DNA from: Eledone cirrhosa | Lineage: Eukaryota | DNA: 64,000 nt | Assembly: GCA_964016885.1 (NCBI GenBank) | Contig: OZ024743.1 | Span: forward strand, 277,822,001-277,886,000 | Reading direction: 5' to 3' | Part shown: positions 1-13,364 of the stretch, piece by piece | Numbering within the stretch: the stretch's first letter is position 1 | How the letters are laid out: each line of letters begins with the position of its first letter | Position numbers and translations under genes: made by a program | The notes under the pieces: generated by a model | Seen by the model: the letters and a program-made list of their open reading frames with translations, nothing else | The model's database searches: none | Told to the model about the DNA's origin: nothing

Positions 1-1302
1 CCAGTCTCCATGCGCTCACTCTCGGTCTTCGCTTGACCCAGGACTGCAGCTCCGTCAAGGAAACGAGCTGGGGAAATACGTGTCTAGCAAACGGCAACCA
101 CACCTGATCACCGTCGAGGAAGAGGTAGAGATGTCGTAGCCTGAGCGCGTGTCTGCGCATCATCAGCCACGGCATTCCCAGCCCTCCACGTAGCGGGTGT
201 TGACAGCAGATGGACCGCCTGATCATCGGAGCGCGTCCCTTCCACAAAAAGCGAAAGAGCAAACGCTCCAGCGCAGTAAGGCCACGGTAGGACAAGGTAC
301 GAGGGTCAGGCGGTAGCAGATGACAGACGCGATGTACGCGTTAGCCACCTCCGCTCGACCTTTCAGGGATAGCTTCCTCTCCACCCATTTGGAGAAGCCA
401 CCCTGCTTGTCACCTCGTCCCAGTTTTTGTCCGTCTGGAGGTCCGAACCGAACCAGACCCCTATCAATTTAACCGGTCCGTTCGTCCAGCGTCCGACGAT
501 GCTGTTGGGCGGCATGGACCTGCCTCTCCAGGTGCCGAGCTGCAGGCCCACTGACTTTTCCTGGTTGATCATTGCTCCTGTCACCGCTTCGTATTCTCTT
601 AGTGTAGTGCCGATCGCCTCGATGTGTTTGGCGTTCGACACCACTTGAATTGTGGACAGCCTATGCTAGACCTATCTATTTCCCTACAAAATACTCTATC
701 TAGATATGATCTGGATGATCCTATGCGATTTGTCCAAGTCCACATTGGCACATTCAGGAAATCCAATCGGTACCTGTCAAACAGTTCAAAACGCCTGAGC
801 AGGTTGGTGAGGCTCTTGCACCCTCCACCCCTATCCGCTAATCCCACACAGTCCCAGCGTGCATCTAAGATCCCGTTCCAGTCGCCCACTAACACTAAAG
901 AGCGGGACGTTCCAAGAAAGGTTTCCAGACGCCGGTAGAAATCAGGCCGCCCTGCTCCTGTCGGGGCATAGACGGCCACTAGCCTGAAAGCTTGCCCGTC
1001 TCCGCTGGTCACGTCCAGCACCACCAATTTACCCTCTGGGTCCAGGAAGATGGCCCGTATGGCGAGATCCAAACCTCTCCGAAAAAGCACAGCAACTCCA
1101 CCCCCGATCCAGGACGGCTGGGAGATGCGTACACATCGTAGCCGCCGAAGATCGGTGCGAAGGCCCGTGCTTCGGAGATTCTAGTCTCGCTGATGGCCAC
1201 TACATCTATGTTTATTGACCTGAGGTCGTTGAGCAGGTGACCCTGCTTCCATGACGACCCCAAGCCACGCGCATTTATGCTGCCTATTCTGAGTGAGGTC
1301 AT
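1..1302 (-). pseudogene. Tx1 ORF2 (APE endonuclease plus RT thumb and C-terminal part; RT core deleted)
   Basis: ATG at 1302 (MTSLRIGSINARG). APE runs to about 648, then jumps directly to VSNAKHIEAIGTTLREYEAVTGAMINQEKS. Confidence 0.9.
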
Positions 1303-1337
1303 GTTTAAAATAGAGTGGAAAAGATGGGAAAGACCAC

Positions 1338-3448
1338 TTACCGTACTTTTCGTAGAGGAGGGATGGTTTTTCCATCCCTTTTCACTTGATCGTCTGGTGA
1401 AGGGACCGTTGAATCGTCCCTTCGGCTGGTCGTCGGCTCTTCTATGAGTATGTCCGAACATACTCTTCGGTTGAGAGTCCCTCCTAGGTCTCTGAAATGA
1501 CCAACTGCGTTGGGGAATTTCGTTTTAATGTTTGTGTATTGTTTCTGTGCTATTTTTAGCAGTCTTATGTTAGTTGGCGTTTTGATTGGTGCTGGTATCA
1601 TGTAGTCGTGTTGTGAAATGTCTGTGTGTTCAATTATGTAAGTCATTAGTTTCTTGTTGTGTGTATTTATTGCCGTGCATTTGTTTTTCTGGGGGTGAGG
1701 TGTGGTTCTGCTATTTTCTTGTCGTTGTTGCTGGGTGTGTGTGTTTTGTTGTTGTGTTTGCGATGTTGGTGCTTGTGGTGGTGGTGTTGAAGGTGTTGTT
1801 GTTGTTGGCGGTGGGGTTGTCGCCGGTGGTGATGGTGGTGCTAGTGTGGGTGGTGATGGGGTTGGTGGTGTTGCTGCTGTGAGTCTCTTTGCAGTAGCCT
1901 TTACCCTTTTTTCATTTCTTTCCTCCCTTTTCGAAGGCGACGATGCGCTGCTTCTGCGTTTGTGCCTTATTACGACCTTTTGCCATCCCTCTCCCACCTC
2001 ACACTCCATGTCTGATTCTGTGAGGTCGGGGAGGGGTACCAGCTCCACTCTTTCACTTGTTGTTGTTGGTGATGTTTGCACTGGAGTCTCTGTTGCAGCT
2101 GAATTTGGTATTGCTGTTGTTGTTTTTAATACTTCCACTGCTGTTACTGTTTTTGATTTCCGAGGCGTGGGTAGGGGTGCCCGGACCTATCGTTCCTGGT
2201 TGCCGCTTGTCCTGTTGCTGGTAGCCGTGGAGCCGGTTTCGGAAGGAGGGGGTTTTCTCCTTTCTCAGGGTCTGCTCGTTGAAGAAGGCCCTGAGGTGAG
2301 TCTTCGATCCACAGCGAAAGCATTTCGGGCGTTTGCCCTCAACACTTACGGGAAGTTGAGTGCCGTTATCGAAGTCTATCACATCCGGGATAGCTTCGAT
2401 GCACTCCTGGTTGGTTTGGATTAACATCTCAATGGAAGTGCCGACCCAATCTTCTCTTACTTTTTTCTGTACTTGCAGTACAGTTGTTTTGTCCTCGATT
2501 CCGACGACGACAGACTCGGCCAGCCAAGAAGGGGCCATCCGCGGGGGGGGGGGGAGACGTGGGTCAGTCTGACCCACACGATTTTTTCCCGCAGTAGGAG
2601 GGCACCAACACCTTTTCCTCGCTCATTAGGGTCACTAAGGATTGAGCCTTTGCCTCTTGGGGTGTGGCAAAAAGTACGTCTACGGTGGCATATTTCTTGC
2701 CTCGGGTGATGTGCGTTTTCCGCTGCCACACAGACCCCAAGGCTTTTTGTATTTGAGCCTCTGTGGCTCTTTCAACTCTACGGGATTTTCTACTTACTGT
2801 ACGGTACGTGACCGTACAGTGCTGTTGGGTTTCGAAAACTTTTTCTGCTGCTTGCAAATTGCTCGGTGTCTAGTTTTTGTCACCATCTTCTTCGCTTCCT
2901 CTAATTCCTCATTTGTTATGAGGATGGTTTCCAGGTTCTTTGCGATACCTGCAAACGAGATTGGTTTTTCTTTGCTGCTGTTGTTGTTGTTGTTGTTGTC
3001 GTCAGAGCTGCTGTTACTTTTGTTGTTGCTGCAGGTACTACGACTACTGCCGCCGCCGCTGTTGATGTGGTCGTTGTTGTTGTTGCTGCTGCTGCTGTTG
3101 TTGTTCCTGCTAATGCTGTTGTTGTTTATGCTGCTGCTGATGCTGTTGCGGCTGCTACTGTTGTTTTCCTTGTCACTGTTGCTGCTGTTATTACGGCTGC
3201 TACTGCTATTATTCCTGACGTCAGACGAATGAAATGGGTTTTCGTATTTCCCGCACACCATTTTCGTTGCTGTCGTCGTCGTCGTGGCGAAATCTTGCAC
3301 GCTTTGCACGTGATTTTTCTTTTTTGGCGTCGCTTGCGAAAGAGAAGGGAGGGAGAGAGACAATCTTCTCTCTGCTGTAGTGACGATTGAGGAAGAAGAA
3401 GACGGAATGAGTGGGAGTGACCTACGAAAATTCTTTTTCGTAGCCATG
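1338..3448 (-). pseudogene. Tx1 ORF1 (gag-like nucleic-acid-binding protein), frameshifted
   Basis: Overlapping ORF pieces 2794-3483, 2564-2857, 2053-2577 and 1338-2138. Zinc-knuckle remnant CFRCGSKTH followed by a Pro/Thr-rich linker. Lies directly upstream of the APE ORF. Confidence 0.75.
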
Positions 3449-3663
3449 TTGTTTTTTTTGTTTAAAATAAATATTGGGCACAAAACCCCAATAAGCGGTT
3501 ATTTAACCCCGAAGGGCCAAATAACGGGCAGAAAGACCCCTCTCACGAGGAGGAGGATGTTTTTGTCTACAATTTGGTTAAAGTTTTAAACAATTTACAA
3601 TTGTTATAGCGGTCAAAATTTACAATACCTCACAGAGCCGAGCCTCCGTCAACCATAGCATTC

Positions 3664-4146
<483 letters not shown>

Positions 4147-4290
4147 AATACGGAAAAGAAGAAAGAAAAATATGAGTAGAAAAAGAAAGAGAAAGAGAAG
4201 TAAAAGAAAGAGGATGGTGAAGAAAATATGAAGAAGACGTAGAATATGAAAATGAAGGAAAAAAAAGACAATCTTTCTAATTTAGAAGCA

Positions 4291-4345
4291 GTTCTTGTCT
4301 GATGAGCCTGTGATAAACAGGCGAAACTCCACAGTAACACGACTC
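4291..4345 (+). ncRNA. Minimal type I hammerhead ribozyme in a PLE pLTR-like remnant
   Basis: CTGATGA at 4299-4305, stem II GCCTGT/ACAGGC, GAAA at 4323-4326, stem III ACT/AGT, GUA cleavage triplet ending at 4336. Stem I (TCTTGT/ACACGA) is imperfect. Confidence 0.75.
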
Positions 4346-4446
4346 ACTATTTAGCTTTAATAGAAATATTAATAAAACTCTATTTCGGTATTGAATACTC
4401 TTTTCTCTCAGCCGCCAGCCACATAGGTATATATATTTATATATAT

Positions 4447-4513
<67 letters not shown>

Positions 4514-4566
4514 TTTGAAATACGCATAATAAAATACTTGGAACTCTTTTAACCATCTTTTGATCT

Positions 4567-4640
<74 letters not shown>

Positions 4641-4759
4641 TCATCATCATGGGATGATATCTGCGTTTTCATCAGAATCTAGCCTAGAGTTAACAATGAC
4701 GCCGTGAGTACTACTGCTATTATTATGACGCGCAGTGTTGGAAGGGTGTGATTTAATAT

Positions 4760-5926
4760 TTAATATGTTATTGTTGTGTGTAGAGATAATGTTAGAGATG
4801 TTGGAGGAGGGGGAATAGAAAATTTTATTGTATGTTTGTTAAAGATTTTACTATAGATATGTGAGGGAGGGAAGCATTTATCTAAGGCCCTAAAGAAAAG
4901 ATTAGGAATATTATTATTAATAGAAATAGAGAAAGGAGCACCTTACCAGATTATATTTTTGTATCTAGGTCTTTTATTAAAGTTATTGGAATGATCATAA
5001 TTAATTATTTTACTGTAAGACCTTCTAGGATTGGTTTCTTTACTGTATTTAATTTTATCAGGATAACCGGCTTTAGAAAGCGCATTATTATAGTAATTGG
5101 CGTTAGCATCAAAGATATTTTTATTAGAGGATAGGTTTGATATTCTTTTTCCAATATTACTGACTATAGCATTTTTAATGTTAGTGGGGTGGTTAGATTT
5201 AAAATTAACATCATTTAGATTCTCATTGTTTTTATGGTAAGGGTAATATAGGCCAGTGTCAAGATTAAGGGATATATCCAAGAAGTTAGCTAGTTTGACG
5301 TTGTTATCAAATTCGATTTTAAGGTTATGTTGCTTAAAGCGATCACGTATATTGTTCTTAATAATATTAAGGTTAACTAAATTGCAATTTAAGATAGTAA
5401 GAAGTCTATCGTCACGATAAATTCCACCGCGAAGTTGAGGAATTTTCCGATTTAAAGAATTCAAAATAAAAATACCAAACAAATCAGTCAATTGCGATGA
5501 ATCGGAAGCACCCATTGTGATATCAAAGTTGTTGGAAGTATCGGATCTAATCCAGTATTCATTGTTGAATTCTAAGATGGTTTTTCTTGCGGTGAGAATG
5601 ATGTGAAGTTCATCTGTGGTGATGTCAGAATATTTAAATGCGAAAGATAGAGCATTGTTGAGAAGTGAAGGCGAAATAGAAGAATAGTAGCTGGCAATAT
5701 CAAGTTGAATAAACTTTTGTTTGTTTTTCTTATTCAGGTTGTTGAACCAGCGAATTACTTCAGATGTACCAAACCATAAATTTAAGTTAGAAAGAGAGCA
5801 ATTAGAACGAACCTGTTGGATAATTCTATCCAAGACGGCTTTACTAACAACCCCCAGATCTGATTTAGAGGGGGCGATTAGTCTAACAGGTAGTTCCGTT
5901 CGAAAATTACTTTTATGATCCTTCAA
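4760..5926 (-). pseudogene. Penelope-like reverse transcriptase (YRDD type, possibly Naiad clade), truncated before the GIY-YIG domain
   Basis: KDHK..F....RLIAPSKS, FIQLDIASYYSSI, MGASDSS, GIYRDD, NFLDISLNL, SNHP. Continues past a stop as IIW*GAPFS..LDKCFP..H..SKIFN. Confidence 0.88.
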
Positions 5927-6011
5927 TACATCAATCTTAAATTATTTTTCATATGTTGATTTAAAACTTCACTATTCACAAGTGTTTTTTAAGCTTCATA
6001 TCATGTATCCC

Positions 6012-6082
6012 TATTTTATCTGATGAAAACGCAGATATCATCCCATGATGATATTTGTTTTTGAAATGCGCATAATAATATA
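6012..6082 (+). ncRNA. Minimal type I hammerhead ribozyme in the PLE pLTR
   Basis: CTGATGA at 6020-6026, 11-bp stem II CAGATATCATC/GATGATATTTG, GAAA at 6063-6066, palindromic stem III ATGCGCAT, AUA triplet, stem I TATTTTAT/ATAATATA. Confidence 0.8.
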
Positions 6083-6203
6083 CTTGGAACTCTTTTAACC
6101 ATCTTTTGATCTTATATTATTTATACTCCAGCCCTATAAACTGTAGAGTGGTACTTATCCGATATTTGCATTGCTTTATTGTGCTACAATAAAACTCACC
6201 TCC

Positions 6204-6286
<83 letters not shown>

Positions 6287-6311
6287 GTGTGTATGTGTGT
6301 GTATATGTTTT

Positions 6312-6389
<78 letters not shown>

Positions 6390-6464
6390 ACATATAAAAC
6401 AAAAGTCAGAGATATGCAGTTAATTAGTTCATTGTTTTACGTATACACACACACACACATACAT

Positions 6465-6496
<32 letters not shown>

Positions 6497-6499
6497 CAC

Positions 6500-6597
<98 letters not shown>

Positions 6598-6647
6598 GTG
6601 TATATGTATATGTATATATATATATATAAGAGAAGTAAGCATTATAG

Positions 6648-6811
6648 AAGGTTGGACGCCATGCTTTCTAGCATAGTTACGTTCCTTTACAATCAGAGTT
6701 CAAATCCTGCCGAGGTTAACTTTGCCTTTCATCCTTACGGGGTCGATAAAATAAAGTACCAGTAATGTACTGGGTAATTGCTGGCCTTGTGCCTAAAGTA
6801 GAAACAATTAT
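6648..6811 (+). mobile_element. tRNA-derived SINE family 1, 5'-truncated
   Basis: B box GAGTTCAAATCC, central GCCTTTCATCCTTACGGGGTCGATAAAATAAAGTACCAG (resembles the MetaSINE domain), end GAAACAATTAT. Confidence 0.9.
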
Positions 6812-7142
6812 ATGATAGAAACACCAACAAGAACAACAACATCAGCAGTATCATTTGCAGCAGCAACAGAAGCAGTGATGGCAATAGGAAGAAAAGCAGT
6901 ATCAACAATAATAGCTGCAACAGCAGCAGCGGTAAAGTAGCAGAAGACAGCGGCAACAACAGCAGCAAAAGCCAAGAAGCATCACTAGCAGCAGCAACAA
7001 CAACTGCAGCAGATATCAACAAGTAGTAGATGCAATCGCAGCAACAACTGTAACAGCAACATCAGCATCAACAACAACAGCAGCAAAAACAGCAGCAGCA
7101 GCAACAGCAATAGTTATCAACAATTGACATTCACTTAAGTAA

Positions 7143-7532
7143 TAATTGCTTCTACTTTAGGCACAAGGCCAGCAATTAACTCAGTGCATTACTGGTACTT
7201 TATTTTATCGACCCCGTAAGGATGAAAGGCAAAGTTAACCTTGACGGGATTTGAACTCAGACCATAAAGGGACGTAACTATGCTGCAAAGCATGTTGTTC
7301 GACGCTCTACTTATACTGCCAATCACTCAAGTAATAACGATTTCTGCTATAGGGAAGAGGGTGAGGTGGAAAGTCGATTAAATTGACCCCAATGCGTTAC
7401 GGGTATTTTAATTTAACGATCAAGTAAGAATGAAAGGTAAAGCTAAACACGGCCGGATTTGAACTCATAACGTAAAGGGCAGTAACTAAATACTGCAAAA
7501 CATGTTGTTCGACGTTCTACCGATTCTGCCAA
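7143..7532 (-). mobile_element. Two tandem SINE family 1 copies
   Basis: Reverse complement of the consensus at about 7143-7325 and 7333-7532. Confidence 0.88.
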
Positions 7533-7689
7533 CAAGAACGATGACAACAACAACACACATCAGCAACAACTGCAAGAATCAGCAACACCAACAACAACAA
7601 TAACAACAAGAAAGAGCAACAACAACAACAGCAACAAACATCAGTAAGTACAACAACAACAACGACAAGAACAACAACAACAACGACAA

Positions 7690-9925
7690 CAACAACCACA
7701 ATACTATCAACGACAACCACAACACTATCAACAACAACCACAACAATATCAACAACACTCACAACACTATCAACAACAACCACAACGCTATCAACAACAA
7801 CCACAACACTATCAAGAACCACAACACTATCAATAACAACCACAACACTATCAACAACAACCACAACACTATCAACAACAACCACAACACTATCAACAAA
7901 CACAACACTATCAAAAAAACACCAACACAATCAATAACAACCACAACACTATCAACAACAACCACAACACTACCAACAACAACCACAACACTATCAACAA
8001 GAAATACAACACTATCATCAACAACCACAACACTATCAACAACACCTACAACACTATCAGCAACAACCACAACACTATCAACAACAACCACAACACTATC
8101 AACAACCACAACACTACCAACAACAACCACAACACTATCAACAAGAAATACAACACTATCATCAACAACCACAACACTATCAACAACACCTACAACACTA
8201 TCAGCAACAACCACAACACTATCAGCAACAACCACACCACTATCAACAACCACAACACTACCAACAACAACCACAACACTATCAACAACAACAACAACAC
8301 TATCAACAACCACAACACTATCAATAACAACCACAACACTATCAACAACCACACACTATCAACAACAACCACAACACTACCAACAACAACAACAACACTA
8401 TCAACAACCACAACACTATCAACAACCACAACACTATCAACAACAACAACAACAACACTATCAACAACCACAACACTATCAACAACCACAACACTATCAA
8501 CAACAACAACAACACTATCAACAACCACAACAATATCAACAACAACCACAACACTATCAACAACACCAACATCACTATCAACAAGACCCACAACACTATT
8601 AACAACCACAACACTATCAACAACAACCACAACACTATGAACAACAACCACAACGCTATCAACAACAAGCACAACACTATCAACAACAACCACAACACTA
8701 TCAACAACAATCACAACACTATCAATAACCACAACACTATCAACAACACCAACAACACTATCAATAACCACAACACTATCAACAACAACCACAACACTAT
8801 CAACAACACCAACAACACTATCAACAAGACCCACAACACTATCAACAATAACCACAACACTATTAACAACCACAACACTATCAACAACAACCACATCACT
8901 ATCAACAACAACCACGACACTATCAACAACAAGCACAACACTATCAACAACAACCACAACACTATCAACAACAACCACAACACTATCAACAGCCACAACA
9001 CTATTAACAACCACAACACTATCAATAACAACCACAACACTATCAATAAGAACCACAACACTATCAACAACAACCACATCACTATCAACAACAACCACAA
9101 CACTATCAACAACCACAACACTATCAACAAGACCCACAACACTATCAACAACAACCACAACACTATCAACAACAACCACAACACTATCAACAACCACAAC
9201 ACTATCAACAACAACCACAACACTATCAACAACCACAACACTATTAACAACCACAACACTATCAATAAGAACCACAACACTATCAACAACCACAGCACTA
9301 TCAACAACAACCACAACACTATCAACAACAACCACATCACTATCAACAACAACCACAACACTATCAACAAGACCCACAACACTATCAACAACAACCACAA
9401 CACTATCAACAACAACCACAACACTATCAACAAGACCCACAACACTATCAACAACAACCACAACACTATCAACAACAACCACAACACTATCAACAACTAC
9501 AACACTATCAACAACCACAACACTATCAACAACCACAACACTATCAACAACAACCACAACACTATTAACAACCACAACACTATCAACAACAACCACAACA
9601 CTATCAACAACTACAACACTATCAACAACCACAACACTATCAACAACCACAACACTATCAACAACAACCACAACACTATTAACAACCACAACACTATCAA
9701 CAACAACCACAACACTATCAACAACAACCACAACACTATCAAGAACCACAACAGTATCAACAACAACCACAACACTATCAACAACAACCACAACACTATC
9801 AAGAACCACAACACTATCAACAACAACCACAACACTATCAACAACAACCACAACAGTATCAAGAACCACAACACTATCAACAGTAACCACAACACTATCA
9901 ACAATAACCCAACACTATCAACAAC
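7690..9925. repeat. Minisatellite of mixed 18- and 21-bp units CAACAAC(AAC)CACAACACTAT
   Basis: Over 100 units. Unit lengths are multiples of 3, which explains the long spurious ORFs. Confidence 0.97.
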
Positions 9926-10059
9926 ATCAACGTGAAACACACCAACAGCAACAACAACAATAGCAGCAATATCAACGGCACCAACAACAACAGTAACACC
10001 ATTAATAACATGGCAAACAACAACTACGATATCACCACAACCTCCCACAGCATTGCTAC

Positions 10060-10870
10060 GAGCAATCACACTACCACCACTACAACAACCACGACTACCA
10101 CCACCTATACCACCACCACCACGAACAGCACTACCATCGCAACCACCACTGTCAACACCACTACCACCACTACCTCCATACCACCACCACCAATACCAAC
10201 CCCACCACACCACGAACAGCAGTACCATCCCCACCATCACTGAAAACACCACTACCACGACCACTACCACCCCTACCACCATACCACCTTCACCACCAAT
10301 ACCCCCACCCCCACCACCACACGAACAGCACTACCATCTCCACCACCACTGTCAACACCACTACCAACACCACTACCACTCTTACCACCACCCCATAACT
10401 ATCAATACCCCCACCACCACCACGAACAGCACTACCATCTCCACCACCACTGTCAACACCACTACCAACATCACTACCACCACTACCACCACCACCAATA
10501 CCACCACCACTATGACCACCACTACCACCATCCACTACCACCACCAAAGCCACCACCGTAACCACTACCATCGCCAACACAACTACCACCACCATTACCA
10601 TACCACCACCACTACCACCACCACTACCATGAACACTAATACCATCGTCACCACCACCACCACCACAGCCACAATCACCACCACCAACACCACCACCACC
10701 ACTACCGCCACTACCACTTCTACAACCAAAACAACCTCCACGACCACCACGACGACGACGTCCGCCTTTACCAACACCACCGCCGCCACCTCCTTTACCC
10801 CCCACCAATAACAACACCACCACCACCATCACCACCACCACCAACTCCAACAACAACAACAACACTCAAA
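10060..10870. repeat. (CCA/CTA)-rich low-complexity tract with a recurring unit CACGAACAGCACTACCATC..CACCACTGTCAACACCACTACC
   Basis: Unit seen at about 10120, 10211, 10320 and 10421. Confidence 0.9.
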
Positions 10871-11030
10871 TCAAACTCAACATGAAAATCAACAATAACA
10901 CCAATAACGACACCAATAACATCAACAGCAACAGTAATAACAATGTTTCCATCATTGAATAATACTATTAGCAATAACGACAAAGGCACCTGGCACTTGA
11001 CAGAGAGAGAGAGGGGGAGGTTGAGGGGAG

Positions 11031-11067
<37 letters not shown>

Positions 11068-11677
11068 GAAGGGAGGTGGGGGGGGGGGTAGAAGAGAGAG
11101 AGAGAGAGAGTAGGAGAGAGAGAAAAAGATATACATATATATATTTATATATATATATAGAGAGAGAGTACACGCACACGCACACACACACATATATATA
11201 TATAAGATAGAGAGTAGGAGAGAGATATATATATATAGACAGGTATAAATATAGAGAGAGGTATAAATAGATAGAGAGAGAGAGAGATAGAGAGAGAAAT
11301 CCTTTGGATTAGTTCAACCTAATGAAGAGACACTGTGTTTGTGTGTCTAGCAGTGTAGGTTTTCTCTGTGTGTATGTGTATAGTAGTCAATATATGTGTG
11401 AGTGTACTGCTGTGTTGGTGTGTAGTTTCGTAGATGTGTAGATGTATACGTCTGTATGTGTAAAGGTATGTATGCGTGAGAGGTGGCTTGATGGCTGAAA
11501 TGTACTAGTAAGAAAAGCGTGTACGAATGTTTGTGCTTGTGTGTGTGCTTGAGCGTGTGTGAGTGTGTCTGTGAGTGGGGACGCTTGTGTCTGAGGTTTT
11601 GGTTAGAAAGAGTGCGCTTTCATCAATTGAAAGATGTGATTGAACTGAAAAAACAATAACATCCAACAATTACAGAA

Positions 11678-11868
11678 ATAACTGTTTTTACGTTTGGCAC
11701 AAGGCCAGCAATTACCCAGTGCATTACTGGTACTTTATTTTATCGACCCCGTAAGGATGAAAGGCAAAGTTAACCTCGGCGGGATTTGAACTCAGAATGG
11801 CAAGGGACGTAACTCTATGCGTCAAAGCATGGCATCCGACCCTCTACCGATACTGCCAATCCACCGCC
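11678..11868 (-). mobile_element. SINE family 1, full length
   Basis: Consensus match. Flanking direct repeat CAACAATTA(C/T)AGAAATAA. Confidence 0.92.
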
Positions 11869-11915
11869 AGTCCACAACAATTATAGAAATAATAATGTAA
11901 ACAAGAAACCCGTCA

Positions 11916-11985
<70 letters not shown>

Positions 11986-12088
11986 TGATGATGATGATGA
12001 GGATGATGATGATGATGATGATGATGGTGATGATTTCTACCGTCAAATATTTCCCACTCACTTCTAGCTCGAATATTATTTGATCGAA

Positions 12089-12184
<96 letters not shown>

Positions 12185-12479
12185 TGTGTGTGTGTGTGTG
12201 AGTGTATGTATATGTGTTTGTGTGCTTGACCCCAACACACATACATACACTCATATATATATATAAACAAAATGAAGAAGTGAGTTTCTCAATGTATGAA
12301 TTAGAGTCAATAATAGTAATTTCTTACATAATAATTGTTTTTAGATTAAGTACAAAGCGTGTATCTAGATGTGTTAGTTAATAATATCGACTTCATTATG
12401 CGATTGATACTTTATTTTATTAAACGGTGTGTGAGGGTGAATTAGAAATTGTAAGGTTAATACATATGTACCTAATTCA

Positions 12480-13060
12480 AAAGCAGAAAAAGGGACCTAA
12501 TATTTGCACAAAGGTGTTTTTGTATTAATCACAATTGCCACAACATTTTAAAGAAGTACTCTCCGAAAGGAAGCTCAATTGTGTTAGCAATATACAAAGC
12601 TTGATGTCCGGGATCAACAGAAGTAATTTCAATAAAAACATTCCGCAATTTAACCAACAAAATACTTATGCCCATTTCTCGGAATATACCACATTAAAAA
12701 ATTGGTATATTGTGCTCAAAGCAAGCTTAAAGACTACAAGAAACAAACTTATTCAGGCCTAATAGAACATATATCTAAGAGCAGGCACACACGACATTCA
12801 TTTTTTAGGCACTTGAAGAAAGAAAACGTCACCTCTCTTTCACAGCACGTTGGGGATTTAAATATGAAGGTATTACAACATTTAAGAAGCAGTGGCCAAC
12901 TCTTGAATTAGTTAGACCAAATTTTAGTGGCACTGAATTGTATGTAGTTCTTGTACATCTGCAAAATATTCTTCATATTGGTCTTCATTTTTAACTTGTT
13001 TAATTCTAGAAATGAAATAATTCCGAAATGCTGTTTGAAAAGCAATTTCATTCTGAATAT
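12480..13060 (+). pseudogene. Degenerate Penelope-like GIY-YIG endonuclease fragment
   Basis: VYCAQ....YSGLIEHISKSRHTRHSFFRH.K....TSLSQHV, then LNSRNEIIPKC. Many stops and frameshifts. Confidence 0.7.
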
Positions 13061-13364
13061 AGGGATTTTATTGGTTGAATTTCTTTGAAGATTTTCGATT
13101 TAAAAAAAATAATTTTTGAAGTTCGAATAATATATATACCATGAATATTTGATTTTTTTTTTAGTGATTTTTCGTAATTAATATATGTCATTTATGTTTA
13201 GTTTGTAACAAAAATGTTCCTATGTCATGTTTTTACACCTTCTTGATCAAAACGTCTAGAAGAAATGATTCCTAATGGAATTTGTTAATTCACTTTTTTA
13301 ATTCTGTTTTTATATAACATTATCAGAGGAGGCACCGAAAGCATCCATAATATTTTTTCTAAGT

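Larger units (their letters stand above)
1..3660 (-). mobile_element. Tx1/L1-clade non-LTR retrotransposon copy 1 (5'UTR, ORF1, ORF2), decayed and internally deleted, runs off the window start
   Basis: APE motifs SINARGL, DVVAISET, LVGDWNGILD, WTWTN..SYLDRVF. Post-RT motifs INQEKS, LLFRFLWKG, GGLGMP. Collinear with 20138-24067. Confidence 0.92.
4505..6160 (-). mobile_element. Penelope-like retroelement remnant with rearranged pseudo-LTRs
   Basis: PLE-type RT on the minus strand. 70-bp direct repeat 4505-4574/6051-6120 and 34-bp inverted repeat 4643-4676/6019-6052. Flanked by (TA)n. Confidence 0.88.

Noticed and set aside
7517-10865. Long ORFs (up to 566 aa of VVDS, NNHNTI or LLIVLW repeats)
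   Set aside because: Products of 3n-length tandem repeats that are open in several frames on both strands.
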